NCBI GenBank assembly: GCA_050250895.1
Contig: JBFWNU010000001.1
Span: forward strand, 3,776,149 to 3,840,148
DNA from: Vulcanimicrobiota bacterium
GTDB lineage: Bacteria > Vulcanimicrobiota > Xenobia > Xenobiales > JADMJV01
Direction of reading: 5' to 3'
DNA length: 64,000 bases
Part shown: positions 9,511 through 20,075 of the stretch, piece after piece
Numbering within the stretch: position 1 is the first letter of the stretch
Layout: the number at the start of each line of letters is the position of its first letter
Notes under the pieces: generated by a model
Told to the model about the DNA's origin: nothing
The model's input: only the letters and a program-made list of their open reading frames with translations
The model's database searches: none
Position numbers and translations under genes: made by a program

Positions 9511-10425
9511 CTAGCCCGGCTGGACCGCCATCGAGATGATATCCAGCATCGGCTCGCCCGCCTCGGCGATGAAGCGGTAGTGCTTCCAGGGCTGGTTGCC
9601 GCGCTGGGCCTTCACCTCGCGCAGACGCTCGGAGCTAATGGTGGCGTAAAGTCCGACCACCACGTCGGAGTGTCCGCAACCCTGGTCGTGGCACACCTGG
9701 CAGCCGGGGAAGACCAGCTGATGCTGCTGCTCCCCCTCGGTGTAGGCCAGGGTCAGGTTGCCGGATGCGCGGTCCCAGTGGTAGCCGGTGACGGTGACGT
9801 GCATCGGAATCAAGACCCCGGGGTGCTCCGGGGGTGGAGCCGGCGCGTCTTTGAACATCGGGATCGACTTGGCTGGCTGGACCGGCGTTTGAGCCGGCAC
9901 CGGCGCCGCCATGGGCTGTTCTGGGGCCGGGACGGTCGGCATCGGCATGGTGGCCACGTGAGCAGCTCCGCCGCTGGCGGCCATCTCTTTTTGAGCGAAG
10001 AAGGCCTCGCGGGTGGGGTCGATGCGGTTGGCCTCGGCCAGCAGCACGGCGATGTCGGCGTTGGACCGCGTCTCGAGCACCGCCCCCATGCGAGAGGTGT
10101 TGAGCTTTTGCTCGTCGGTCTCGGGACGAAACGCCAGCCCGGCTGAATAGCGACGACGCTCGTCGTCGCCGCTCGACCACATCACCTCGGCCGGACATGT
10201 GAAGTCGGGCAGCTCTTCAGTGTCAAACTCGAGTTCGAGGTTGAGGATCTGGCCCTTTTCGAGCAGGGCCTCGGTCTCGATCTGCAGGCCGCTGGCGCTC
10301 ACATCGAGCGTCAGGGCCCGAAAACCCGGTAGCTGGCGCGATTTGACCCGAATCGAGACTTCGTGCCGCTCGCTGTCGCGGTCGGCGGCGGTTTTTTCTT
10401 TCTTTTTGAAGATCCACTTAAGCAT
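9511..10425 (-). CDS. PilZ domain protein with Pro-rich linker
   Basis: R...R motif (RDSER) and D.S..G motif (DVSASG). Confidence 0.75.
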   Translation of the reverse strand: MLKWIFKKKEKTAADRDSERHEVSIRVKSRQLPGFRALTLDVSASGLQIETEALLEKGQILNLELEFDTEELPDFTCPAEVMWSSGDDERRRYSAGLAFRPETDEQKLNTSRMGAVLETRSNADIAVLLAEANRIDPTREAFFAQKEMAASGGAAHVATMPMPTVPAPEQPMAAPVPAQTPVQPAKSIPMFKDAPAPPPEHPGVLIPMHVTVTGYHWDRASGNLTLAYTEGEQQHQLVFPGCQVCHDQGCGHSDVVVGLYATISSERLREVKAQRGNQPWKHYRFIAEAGEPMLDIISMAVQPG

Positions 10426-10793
10426 TAGCGTTTCATCGTCTCCTGTCGGATGGCCTCGAGCTCGCTGGCGGTCACGCCCATGCGGATGATGGTGCCTTCG
10501 ATGTAGCCCTGCACCTCGGGTTGTAGTCGGCCGTCAGCCAGGCAGATCTTCATGACCGACTTGAGCGCCTCGAGTTGGAAGTTGCGGTCTTCGAAGATCT
10601 CGTCGAGGGGGACAGGGGGGTCGGTTGGTTTCTCGGTGAGGTTTGCGTCGAGCATACACACGATCTGAGGGTGGGTTAGGCCCAGTTGACGCAACACGCC
10701 GGTCACGGCCTTGACCTCGTTGGGGGTCACTACGTCGTCAGCCCAGACCATCTGGAAAAGGATCTTGACAAAGCCTTGTAAAGCAGGATTCAT
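10425..10793 (-). CDS. TerB-like protein
   Basis: M.WADD.V...E and ..ADG.L..E paired motifs; stop/start overlap with the PilZ gene. Confidence 0.65.
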   Translation of the reverse strand: MNPALQGFVKILFQMVWADDVVTPNEVKAVTGVLRQLGLTHPQIVCMLDANLTEKPTDPPVPLDEIFEDRNFQLEALKSVMKICLADGRLQPEVQGYIEGTIIRMGVTASELEAIRQETMKR

Positions 10794-10891
10794 TTGGCCC
10801 GCTTCGTTATCGCTCGGCTATCTCCTAGGGCCCTAGGAGGCCGAGCCGTTTTCTTGAACCTTGAAGGGATGAGCGGCGTAGCGGTGAGACG

Positions 10892-11524
10892 ATGACAAGT
10901 TTTTTCGGCAATGGTCCGCTTTATGTGGCCGGGTGGATGGACTCGGGACCGCTGGCCTACTTCTCGGTGGCGCCCAAGCCGCTGGTGCTGGCGGCTCTGG
11001 CGGTGCCGCTGACTGTCGGGCTGTGGACCCGCTCGCGGGGGTTGGCGCTCTTTGGCGGGGCCGTGCTGCTGGGCTCGCTGTTTTTGATGGGGCTCTTTCT
11101 TCCGCTGGGTTTCTGGGGCGGTTTGGCCCTGGCCGGATACCTGGTAGGCGCGGTGGTGCTGGGACGCCGCTCAGGTCGCGAGGTCCTGGCGCCCTTTGTG
11201 GTGGGAGGCATCGTGTTCGCTTTGGCGCTGGGGCTGGGCTTTCCGGGTTCGCTGGTGTTCAATCCCGTGGTATGCCGGTCCAACCTGAAGAACATCGGCA
11301 CGGCCCTGGAGTTGTGGGCCACCGACCACGAGGGCGAGCGTCCGGCGTCCCTCCAGGAGTTGACGCCGAACTATCTACGCGACCTGCCCGACTGTCATGG
11401 CGTGAGCTATGCCTATGCGGCCCCGGTGGTGAGTTGCCAGAACCCGTTCCACCAGCAACTTGAAGGGACGCCGCCCGGCTACCCCCGCCTGGATGACGAG
11501 GGCGAGCTCAAGACGGCTCCCTGA
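10892..11524 (+). CDS. Membrane protein with C-terminal pseudopilin (GspG-like) domain
   Basis: Several TM helices then CRSNLKNIGTALE..ATD..G..P.SL..L.PNYL..LP.C. Confidence 0.65.
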   Translation: MTSFFGNGPLYVAGWMDSGPLAYFSVAPKPLVLAALAVPLTVGLWTRSRGLALFGGAVLLGSLFLMGLFLPLGFWGGLALAGYLVGAVVLGRRSGREVLAPFVVGGIVFALALGLGFPGSLVFNPVVCRSNLKNIGTALELWATDHEGERPASLQELTPNYLRDLPDCHGVSYAYAAPVVSCQNPFHQQLEGTPPGYPRLDDEGELKTAP

Positions 11525-11855
11525 GCCTGTCTTCACAGGTGATGCAAAGGCCATCCTCGCTCCGCTAAGGGGCCAGAAGAGGGGCGGCCGGAGCCGCCCA
11601 GAGCTCCCTACATCACCAGGCAAGCCTTGGCAATGATTCCGAGAATCGTTATAATCGTAAAGATCACAACGATCACCCGAACGGGAGTGCAGTCACGGTG
11701 CTTCAACTTCATGGCTGCGCTCCTTCCGTTTTATCGCCCTGCTCTTACAGTGCGCCCCGCCCCGAAAGACGAGGATTCGTTGAAGCCACCCCCACACTTC
11801 GACGGGCCGGGTCGGCTCCTGTCGAACGTTTGTCTCGAGTTTTGGCGGGGGTCGC

Positions 11856-12324
11856 TCGCTAGCGAACAAGGCCTGAACAAAGGTTAGCAATTCCATCGAC
11901 GGGAGCCCGGATCGCGAGGCCGAAGATGGCCGGATGTCGGATTCCTACGATTGCTGATGAGCGTCGGGCCCGGTCGCGGCTTGACGGAAATGACGAGAAC
12001 GTAAGTCCGGGATGTTTGACTGGCACGGTTGCGACGCTCTCGTCATTCCCTATCGGCGCTGCGCGCCGCGCCGCTAGGCCCGACTACGTGGAAAGAGGCG
12101 CTCCACGTCTACTTCCCGCAATTTTTAGAGCTGCTGTTTCTCGAGGTCTACCAGGTCGACTGGAGCCGCGGCTGGCAGGTGCTCGACAACGAGCTACTCG
12201 GCAGCGCCGCGACCTCGGCGGTCTTGAGGATATGTTCGACCCGGCCGAGCTTGCCTCCCTTACACCGGTGGCGGCGACCGCGGCTACCTTTGAGGATTTC
12301 CTGTCGGCTCTATCGACCAGATAG
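11856..12324 (+). pseudogene. Collapsed duplicate of the Rpn-like gene and its upstream region
   Basis: 11856-11952 matches 12974-13070; 12087-12213 matches ~13074-13203; 12214-12320 matches ~13913-14015; ~710 bp deleted and a 134 bp insertion present. Confidence 0.9.
11953..12086 (-). mobile_element. Structured ~134 bp non-coding insertion element, copy B
   Basis: Absent from the intact paralogue (GATTCCCCGTGG at ~13067); homologous to 16726-16858; nested inverted repeats. Confidence 0.8.
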
Positions 12325-12377
12325 GGCTTCGCATCCGGCGGCCGGGAAAAGGGGACACGCCAGATTGGCGGGCAAGG

Positions 12378-12839
12378 TTGGGGTCGCGACTCTTCATGGG
12401 GCGGTGGGGAAGAAGGCTCGCAAGAAGGTGTTCCGAGACTTTCGCTGCGGGCGAGGTCCAGGTGCTTGTGGCCAGCTCCAAGCTGGTCGGCGAGGGCTGG
12501 GACTGCCCGCCGCTTTCGGCGCTTTTTCTGGCTATGCCAATGGGACGTTCGCCGCGGCTGGAGCAATACATCGGACGACTCACCCGGCCCGACCCCGACA
12601 AACCAGAGCCCGAGGTCCATGATTATCGCGACCACCACGTCGAGCAGCTCGAAGCCATGTTTCTGCGGCGCATCCCTATCTTTCGCCGGGTGCTCGGCAA
12701 CGAAAATCTACCGGTGGAGTTCTTCTCTAGCAACCGTTCGAAGCGTGCCACCATTCGCTACGGGCCCGATCGGGCGCGCTCTAAGCAGCCGATTGTTCGA
12801 GACTCAGCCGACCAATTATGGCTGTTTGATCACGAGTAA
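12378..12839 (+). pseudogene. C-terminal fragment of a superfamily II helicase
   Basis: VGEGWDCP (motif V), QYIGRLTR (motif VI), VHDY.D; Walker A/B region missing. Confidence 0.75.
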
Positions 12840-13051
12840 CCGACCGCCGCTGGAGCTAACTCGCCGTTGTCTGCCGAAGACGCGGCCGATGCGATTTGCT
12901 ATGTCTGGCTCAGGAGCCGAATCGTCGCGCGAGAGCTACAAATGGCCCCGTTGGTGGACTGCAGCACGGTTGTTCGCTAGCGAACGAAGCCTGAACAAAG
13001 GTTAGCAATTCCATCGACGGGAGCCCGGATCGCAAGGCCGAAGATGGCCGG

Positions 13052-14038
13052 ATGTCGGATTCCTACGATTCCCCGTGGAAAGAGGCGCTCCGCGTCTACT
13101 TCCCACACTTTCTAGAGCTGCTGTTTCCCGAGGTCCACCAGGCTATCGACTGGAGCCGCGGCTGGCAGGTGCTCGACAACGAGCTACTCGGCAGCGCCGC
13201 GACCACAGCCCGGCGGGTCGATGTGTTGATGGAGGTGACCAGGCTCGACGGCGAGGCCAGCTGTATTCTCGTTCATGTCGAGGTCCAGAACCAGCATGAA
13301 GCCGGCTTCTCGGCCCGACTCTTCGCTTATCACTATCGCATCCGGCTTCACTTCGGCAAGCCGGTCTGTACGCTGGTCGTGCTCGGCGACCCGAGCCGGA
13401 CGTGGCGCCCGGACAGCCACCAGGAAGAGCTGCTCGGCTGTCGTCATCGGCTGGAGTTTCCGACCGTCAAGCTCGAAGAGCTTCGCCCCGTGATTCGCCA
13501 ACTCGAAGCCAACAAGAACCCGTTCGGCCCGGTGGTCGCCGCCCATCTGCATGTCCGGTCGGCGGGCCCCGATAGCCCGAAGCGGCAGCGCATCAAACAG
13601 CGGCTCGTGCGCCGGCTCTACAAGACCGGCTTCACCCGGGAGCAGATCCGGCAGCTGTTTAGGTTGATTGATTGGTTTCTGCAGCTAAGTCGGGAACAGG
13701 AGGAAGTCTTCTGGACTCAGCTAAGAAGATACGAGAGGAAGAATAAGATGCCGTACATCACCAGTGTCGAGCGCATGGGAATGGAAAAGGGCCTGGCCGA
13801 GGGCCACAAAAAGGGCTTGTCTGAGGGGGTCGAAGTGGGCCACGCCCGGGGTGTGAGAGATTCGATTCGGACCGTGCTGGCCGCCCGGTTTGGCGAGGGC
13901 TTTCTCGAGCAACTCGGCGGCCTTGAGGATGTGTCCGACCCGAGCCAGCTTTCTTCCCTGACGCTGGCAGCTGCGACCGCGGCCACCTTTGAGGACTTCC
14001 TCACGGCTCTTTCGAGCCTCCAGGCGCCACCCGCCTAG
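13052..14038 (+). CDS. Rpn-like PD-(D/E)XK nuclease (recombination-promoting nuclease / putative transposase family)
   Basis: YDSPWKEAL, R.VD.L..V, ILVHVEVQ catalytic motif, MPYITSVER and EKG/EG repeats. Confidence 0.85.
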   Translation: MSDSYDSPWKEALRVYFPHFLELLFPEVHQAIDWSRGWQVLDNELLGSAATTARRVDVLMEVTRLDGEASCILVHVEVQNQHEAGFSARLFAYHYRIRLHFGKPVCTLVVLGDPSRTWRPDSHQEELLGCRHRLEFPTVKLEELRPVIRQLEANKNPFGPVVAAHLHVRSAGPDSPKRQRIKQRLVRRLYKTGFTREQIRQLFRLIDWFLQLSREQEEVFWTQLRRYERKNKMPYITSVERMGMEKGLAEGHKKGLSEGVEVGHARGVRDSIRTVLAARFGEGFLEQLGGLEDVSDPSQLSSLTLAAATAATFEDFLTALSSLQAPPA

Positions 14039-15160
14039 CAGAGCACGGCGGCAAGCCGAAGATAGGGCTTTTCGGCGGTTCGCATTCCTTCGTTCACCCA
14101 GCGTTTGCGCGAGTCTACCAGCTTGTCGATTTCTTCGCGTTCGTCAGCGTAGCGCCGTTCTTCGTCCTGGCGCAGGGCTCGCCCCTTGGCCACGATCTCG
14201 GCGTCGAGGGCCTGATGACGTCGTTCTTGCCATTTCATCAGTCGGCGCAGCTCGGGCCGCAGAGCCTCGCCAACCTGCTGGCCGCGCTCCTGGCGCAGCC
14301 GTTTGAGATGTTCGCGGGCCATCTCGATAGCCGCGGGCAGGCCGGCTGAGAGGGCCGCGCCGTCAAAGTCCTGGCCCGGGTTGGTGAGGGCCGCCAGGTG
14401 GGGAAGCAGCTCGTCGAGTTCGAGAATCTCGGTGCCTCGAACGCCAAACCAGCGCACCAGCACCGGCTGGCTGCGAAGGTTGGATAGCACGGCTTGAAAC
14501 AGGTAGACCGGTCCCTGTAGGCCGGCGATGCGAAGCACAGGCGCTTCGTGGCGGATAAACAGCGAGAGTACGCGGTCGTTGAGCCACTCGGCCAGCGGGT
14601 GCTGGTCCCAGAACAGTTGCCACTCGGGCCAGCGGTCTTCGTCCTGGCGCGAGTCGACCAGGGCTTTCTGAACCAGTTCTCGATCGGTGGTCAGCTTGAG
14701 TTCCCAGTCGGCCTGGCGAAGCTCGGGGGGCAGATAGTGGTAGCGCACCTGGAGGTCCTCGGGAGCGTGGAACGAGAAGCCGCTCAGGTGGTCGTGCCAC
14801 TCGAGCTTGCAATCGAGTTCTTCGAAGGCCTCGCGGGCGTAGGCCAGGTCGTTTGCATAGAGCGAGAGGGGCTCGACCGTCTCGACCTCTGTCTTGCCCT
14901 CCTCACCCAGAAGAAGGGCCAAGAAGTCGGTATCGTCTGGCTCGTCGGGCACCACCGAGTCGGGCGACTCGTGGTTCTCGATACCTTGAGCGACGCGCTG
15001 TTCTTCGAGTTCGGCCTCGTGCAGGCGCATCAGCCAGGCCACATCGCCCAGGTTCTTGTGGGCGGCATTCTCTTTTTCGATCAGGCGGTCGAGCACGCGC
15101 AGGTCGCCCCGCAACTCGCCGTCGCGCGGGATGGTCAGCAAGTAGTGGATGTCGGGAGTC
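14035..15160 (-). pseudogene. C-terminal part of an SNF2-type helicase (DrmD-like), fused in frame to the upstream helicase
   Basis: TPDIHYLL...DLRVLDRLIEKE..A.KNLGD...W..HP..EWL..R...PYLRLAAVL; SNF2 ATPase motifs absent. Confidence 0.65.
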
Positions 15161-18100
15161 AGCACCGTCAGCAGGTTGTCGTCTTTCCACAGATCGGCCA
15201 GATAGCCGGTGCCGCCGGGCACGCCGTCGTAGAGCACCAGGTAATGGCGGCGGGCTCCCGAGGTGGGGTCGGGCTCGGACACCGCCTTGACCAGCAGGTG
15301 GCCGGGGTTGCCCTTGAAGTGGCGGCGCAGGCCCAGCAGCAGGGAGGCTTCGAACGAGGCCCGGCGAGCGTCGATGTTCTCGGCGGCCATGGGCAAGAGC
15401 AGACGGATCGCCTCGGACTGCACCTCGCGATAGAGCAAGATGGCCTTCGACTTCTCCTTGAAGGTGCCGCGCCGGTACTTGCAGTGAAAGGCGTGGTCGA
15501 TCTTGTCGCCCTCTTGCACCTTGCCGCACTGGTCGCAGACGGTGAAGCCGTCTTCGTGGATGGGCTGGCCAGCCACCCGCAGGTGGCCTCCGGTGGGGCG
15601 ATGCTGGCCGAAGTTGACCTCGCGCAAGGTGACCTTCTGCAGCAGCTCAAAGCCGAAAGGCAGCGACTCGATGAGGCGGGCTCCGCGCATGTGCTCGGGG
15701 CCCACGTCGATCAGGTTGACGGTGGTATAGCGCTCGTTCTGGCGCTCTTCGGTCTCGTCCACCGAGATGCTCTCGAGGGGGTTCGAGAAGGCCGAGGCCC
15801 GGCGAAAGGGCACCATCACCCGCAGCTGGCCGGTGTCGCCAAAGCCGGTGCAAGAGCAGCGCGGGCAGCGCTCGGGAGCCTTGCCTTCGGCCTGGCGGGT
15901 CATGTGGTGGCACTCGGGGCAAAAGCGCCACTGCTCGAACAGCGGCTGGCTGCTGCTGCCGATGTCGATCTGGCGAACCTGCACCTTGCGGCCCTCGGCA
16001 TAGAACGAGTTGAAGGGAGCGAACTCGCGAATGGCGGCGCTGGCGGCTCGCACGTACTCGCGGGTCTCATAGCGCTCGTCGACGGGGCCGTCGTCCTTGC
16101 GCTTGACCACCGAGCGCAGGGTGACTCCCGGTTCGGGAAAGGCATAGTTGGGCAGCACCCCGTCGTCGGTGAGGATGTTGAGGGGATACTTCTCGCGCAG
16201 CTCCTTGAGCAGGCGCTTCAAGACCCGGCGCGAGTCTTCGAGTTCGCGCTTTTCGAGGTCGGGATCGTCCGAGCTGTCGGGGTCTTGCTCGACCTGCTGA
16301 AAGCGCTTCTCGAGGCTCTCGACCTGCTTGCGCAGCTCGTTGCGGCGCTCGGCCACCGCCTCGAAGGCGTCGTCGAGCCAGGCCGGAATGGCCGGCCCCA
16401 GGCCAAACTCTTGCATGGCCTGGCGATTGGCATCGTCGAGCTCGTCGGCGAAAAGCTCGAGAAAGCGGGCCGTCAGCTCGGGTTGGTGTTGCTTGAAGAA
16501 GGCGATAGGACGACCGGGAAACTTCTCGCGGCCGGCTCCCAGGGTCTGGAAGGCGTGGCGGGGCACGGCCGAGAGCTCGTCCTCTTGGGCGGCCCAGCAG
16601 TCGAGCACGAAGGCCACCATCTGGCGCTTGAGCATCTCGGGGGCGTTGAGAAAGCAGCCCGGAGGCAGCACCTGGCCGGCCATCATCTCTTTGGGTTGGG
16701 TGTAGAAATAGAGATCGTGGGGGCGGCGCGTCACCCCAGCGGCGCGGCGCGCAGCGCCGGTAGGGAATGATGAGAGCGTCGCCACCGCGCCCGTTTAGCA
16801 ATCCTGGACTTGCGTTCTCATCGTTCCCGTCAAGCCGCGTCCAGGGTGAGGCCCACCGGGTGAGGGCCATCGACAGACAGAAGGCGTTGCCGGTCTGGCG
16901 GCCGGCCCGGCCCATGCGCTGCAGATAGTTGGCCGTAGCCGGAGGCACCGAGCACACCATGGTGGCCGACAGGTCGCCCACGTCGACACCCAGCTCGAGG
17001 GTGGGGGTGCAGACCAGCAGGTTGGGATCGCCCGGGGCTCCGCGTTTGAAGCGCTCTTCGAGCAGTTCGCGGTCGGGGCGTTGCAACAGGCCCGTGTGCT
17101 CGGAAGAGACGATGCGGGTGGTGTGGCCCGAGCGATAGATGCGCCCGTAGTAGCTCTCTTGGATGGCAGCCGGCTCGAGGCGTCCGTCGCAGCGAAAGCG
17201 AGGGCAGCGCTGGCCAACCCAGCGGTCGAGCGAGGTGGCGGCCAGGGTGGTGCGCTGGCCGCAGTGGGGGCAGACCACCTGGCCCACCTGGCGGCTGGCC
17301 CACATGGCTTCAGGACGCAACCCGCTGGCCTGGCCCTGGCCGCTGGGCAGGGTCTCGAGCAGGCCGTGCTGGTCGAGGCGCTTGACGGCCAGGGCATAGA
17401 GCGCGCCCATGCCGTCGTCTTTCTGGGGCGCTCCCAGGCAGCGCGAGGCCCAGTCGCGATACCAGTGCAGCGTGCTGCCCCGGTAGGTGTCGAAGATGTC
17501 GTGGCTGCTGTGCGAGTGAAGAAAGCGCGGCAGTCGCGTGCCGCGAGGAAAGGGCGACAGCAGCGGGTTCTTCTTCTTGCTCAAGAAATAGCTGTTGCCG
17601 TCTTTTTCGATGAAGCCTCGCAGCAGCGGATGCAGCACCGCTCCGCGCACCCTCAGGCGGTGCAAAAAGGCGTCGAGAAAGTGCCGCACGGTGGCCTCTT
17701 CGAGCTTGCTCACGGCCACCGGTCTGGTCTCGATCAGGTCCTGGGCCAGGGCGGCGGCCGCCGCATCCAGGCGCTGGGGGTCGAAATAGACGGTCGAGCA
17801 GCCGGTCTTTTCTAAGGTGCGACCGACCCGGGCGCTAAAGCCGTATTCCATGGCCACTTCCCAGCCCAGGCGCGTCTCGAGCTGGGGCCAGACCCGCTCG
17901 GGAGTGCCCTGCTCGAGGCTCTCGAGGTAGAGGGGATAGTCGTCAAGATCAGAGGGCCAGAAGCCGGCCAGCAGCCGGGCCGGCTCGCCCTCGGCTAGCA
18001 GGGCCTTCACGCATTCGCTCAGCGGCAGGTCGTGGTCGCGCTCTTCGAGCACCCGCTGCAGCTGGGTGCGCAGGTGAAAGCGGTAGGTGCGGGCGCCGAA

Positions 18101-19981
18101 GAAGCCGGAGCGATGCGAGGCGTCTTGCACCGAGTCGGTGAAGGCCAGCATCTTTTTGTCTTGATTGTAGGGAGTGTTGAACAACAGCGAGATGGCCACG
18201 CTCGAGAGGGTGGCCGCTCGCGAGCCCAGGATGCTGAGGGCCTTGTCGGCTCCGCACTCGAGGCACTGGCCGGCGAACTTGCGCGGGCCGCTGCCGGGCT
18301 TGGCGGTCTCGTTGGAGACGGCCACCGGAATCTCGCCTTCGGCCGCCTCCTGGGCGTAGTGAAAGCGCATGGTCGAGGTGTTGAGCATGTGGGGGAAGGC
18401 GCCGTCGGAGCGGGTCTGGTTGAGCAGCAGAAAGCGGGCCTGCTTGTTCTCTTCGAGAAAGGCGCGGCCGATCTCGGCGGTGGCGGTGAGAAAGCGCTGC
18501 TCGCCCACCCGCTCGAGGGTGCCCACCCCGCACACTCCGCACTCGTGGCAATAGACGATGGGCAGCCCGTGCTGGCCCGGCTGGCGACGCCGCTCGTCTT
18601 CCCAGAAGAAGCGAAGCTCGGGACCCACCTCGCGCAGCAGGCGGCGCAGCTCGCGAATCCAGACTTGCACCTGGCAGGTGAGAAAGGGGCGCAGCCGGCC
18701 CTCTTGCTCGTGGCGGGCGTGGGAGACCAGGGCCAGAAACGAGTCGAGGGCGTGGGGGCGCACGTCCTCGGGCAGCTCGCCAAAGTCCGATTCGAGGCGG
18801 GCCAGGTCTTCGCACAGCTCGTCTTGCGAGCGCAGCTTTCCCCCCAGCGAGGTCAACAGGCGGCGCAAAAATGTGTGTCGCTCGAGCAGCTTGCCCAGTG
18901 CCAGCGGGTCGGTTTGGGTTTGGCCGAGCCATAGCGCCGACTGGCTGGCCAGGTAGGTTTGGGGGTCGGGATAGCTCTCGAGCAGCAGCTGACTGGCCTG
19001 GTGGGGTTCGGGCACCCGTGAGATGGCGTCTTCAGGCTTGGGTAGAGGGAAGCGCTCGGCCACGCTCTGGCGCGACTCGCCCACCACCGACAGCTCAGAA
19101 AAGGCCCCTTCGCCGAAGACCTGGCTGGCGAAGTCGAGCAACTGGCGGGTCGACTCGGCCTGGTGGCGCTCGCCGATGGTGGCCGAGGTGCCCACGCAGC
19201 AGAGGCCTCCGGGCTGGATGGCCAGGCGCGCCTTGAGGCGCCGAATCAGGCAGGCCACATCGCTGCCCTGGGCGCCGTCATAGGTGTGCAGCTCGTCGAG
19301 CACCAGATAGCGCAGGGTGTCGGGCGTGTTGTGGGCCCACAGGGCCCGGTCGTCGGGGCGCTGCAGCAGAAAGTCGAGCATCTTGTAGTTGGTCAGCAAG
19401 ATGTCAGGAGGCGACTGGCGCAGTACCTCGCGGTCGTCGACCAGGTGCTCGGCGTCTGCCACCCGGTGTTGCCCCTGGCCGCCCACATAGAGCCCGGCCG
19501 TGACCTGCCCCTGCAGGCGCTCGTCTTCGGCCAGAATGCCGGCCAGACGGCGGGCCTGGTCGGTGGCCAGGGCATTCATCGGATAGAGCAAGATGGCCTT
19601 GATGCCCCGCTGCTCGCGAGTGCGATAGCAGTGGTCGAGGATGGGATAGAGAAAGCACTCGGTTTTACCCGACCCGGTGCCCGTCACCACCAGCGTATGG
19701 TGAGGTTGCTGCCCTTTGCGCGAGTGCAGGCGCAGAAAGGCCTGACGCTGGTGCTCGTAGGGGGTGAAGTTTGGCCGGATCTCGAGAAAGAGCTGGGCCT
19801 TGGGATCGGCCTGCTGGAAGGGTAGGCGCAGGTCGAGGTAAGGCCCTTTGAAAATGCCCTCGGGGCCGGCCAGGTAGTCGAAGAACGCCTGCTCGAAGAC
19901 CGGGTCGCTGAAGCTGAAGGTGGTCTTGAGGTAGTCGAGCAGGGTCTCTTTGAGTTGGGCCGCTACCAGCGAGGGGAACAT
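15161..19981 (-). pseudogene. Large DEAD/DEAH helicase of the YprA/DUF1998 type (DISARM-like), frameshifted by a 133 bp insertion and 3'-truncated
   Basis: TGTGSGKTE, YPMNALA.DQ, DELH, TSAT, TPTLELGVDVG, QR.GRAGR, RPHDLYFY, LP.Y.FP, LYD..PGGTGY; the terminal DUF1998 Cys cluster is missing. Confidence 0.85.
16726..16858 (+). mobile_element. Structured 133 bp non-coding insertion element, copy A
   Basis: Removing it restores MALT-RPHDLYFY in one frame; CCG occurs at both junctions; homologous to 11953-12086. Confidence 0.85.
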
Positions 19982-20075
19982 TCCAGGAGGTTGGACCTGT
20001 CAGGCGTGGTTACCTGCTTGCGGGATGTCGACGTGGAACATAAGAGCAGAGATGGCTGGAGCTTTGGTCTGGGCT

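Noticed and set aside
11608-11712. Short minus-strand ORF MKLKHRDCTPVRVIVVIFTIITILGIIAKACLVM resembling a prepilin leader
   Set aside because: Lacks the G/F..E cleavage motif and stops after 34 codons; too weak to call
11954-12050. Hammerhead-ribozyme-like CTGATGA...GAAA with a following stem in element copy B
   Set aside because: The stem II closing pair is missing, stem I does not form, the motif is absent from copy A, and G-U pairing favours the opposite strand
14548-16770. Long antisense ORFs (also 36160-38496, 4682-6094, 42586-43896)
   Set aside because: Shadow frames opposite well-supported genes in GC-rich DNA; no recognisable motifs
16760-16830. GTAG-headed REP/REPIN interpretation of the mini-element
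   Set aside because: GTAG is not conserved in copy B (ATAG), there is no matching CTAC at the other arm, and no RAYT gene is in the window; not fully excluded
16067-16858. C-terminal ~260 aa of the 1304 aa ORF and the first codons of the 916 aa ORF
   Set aside because: Out-of-frame read-through created by the 133 bp insertion; the real helicase continues in the other frame
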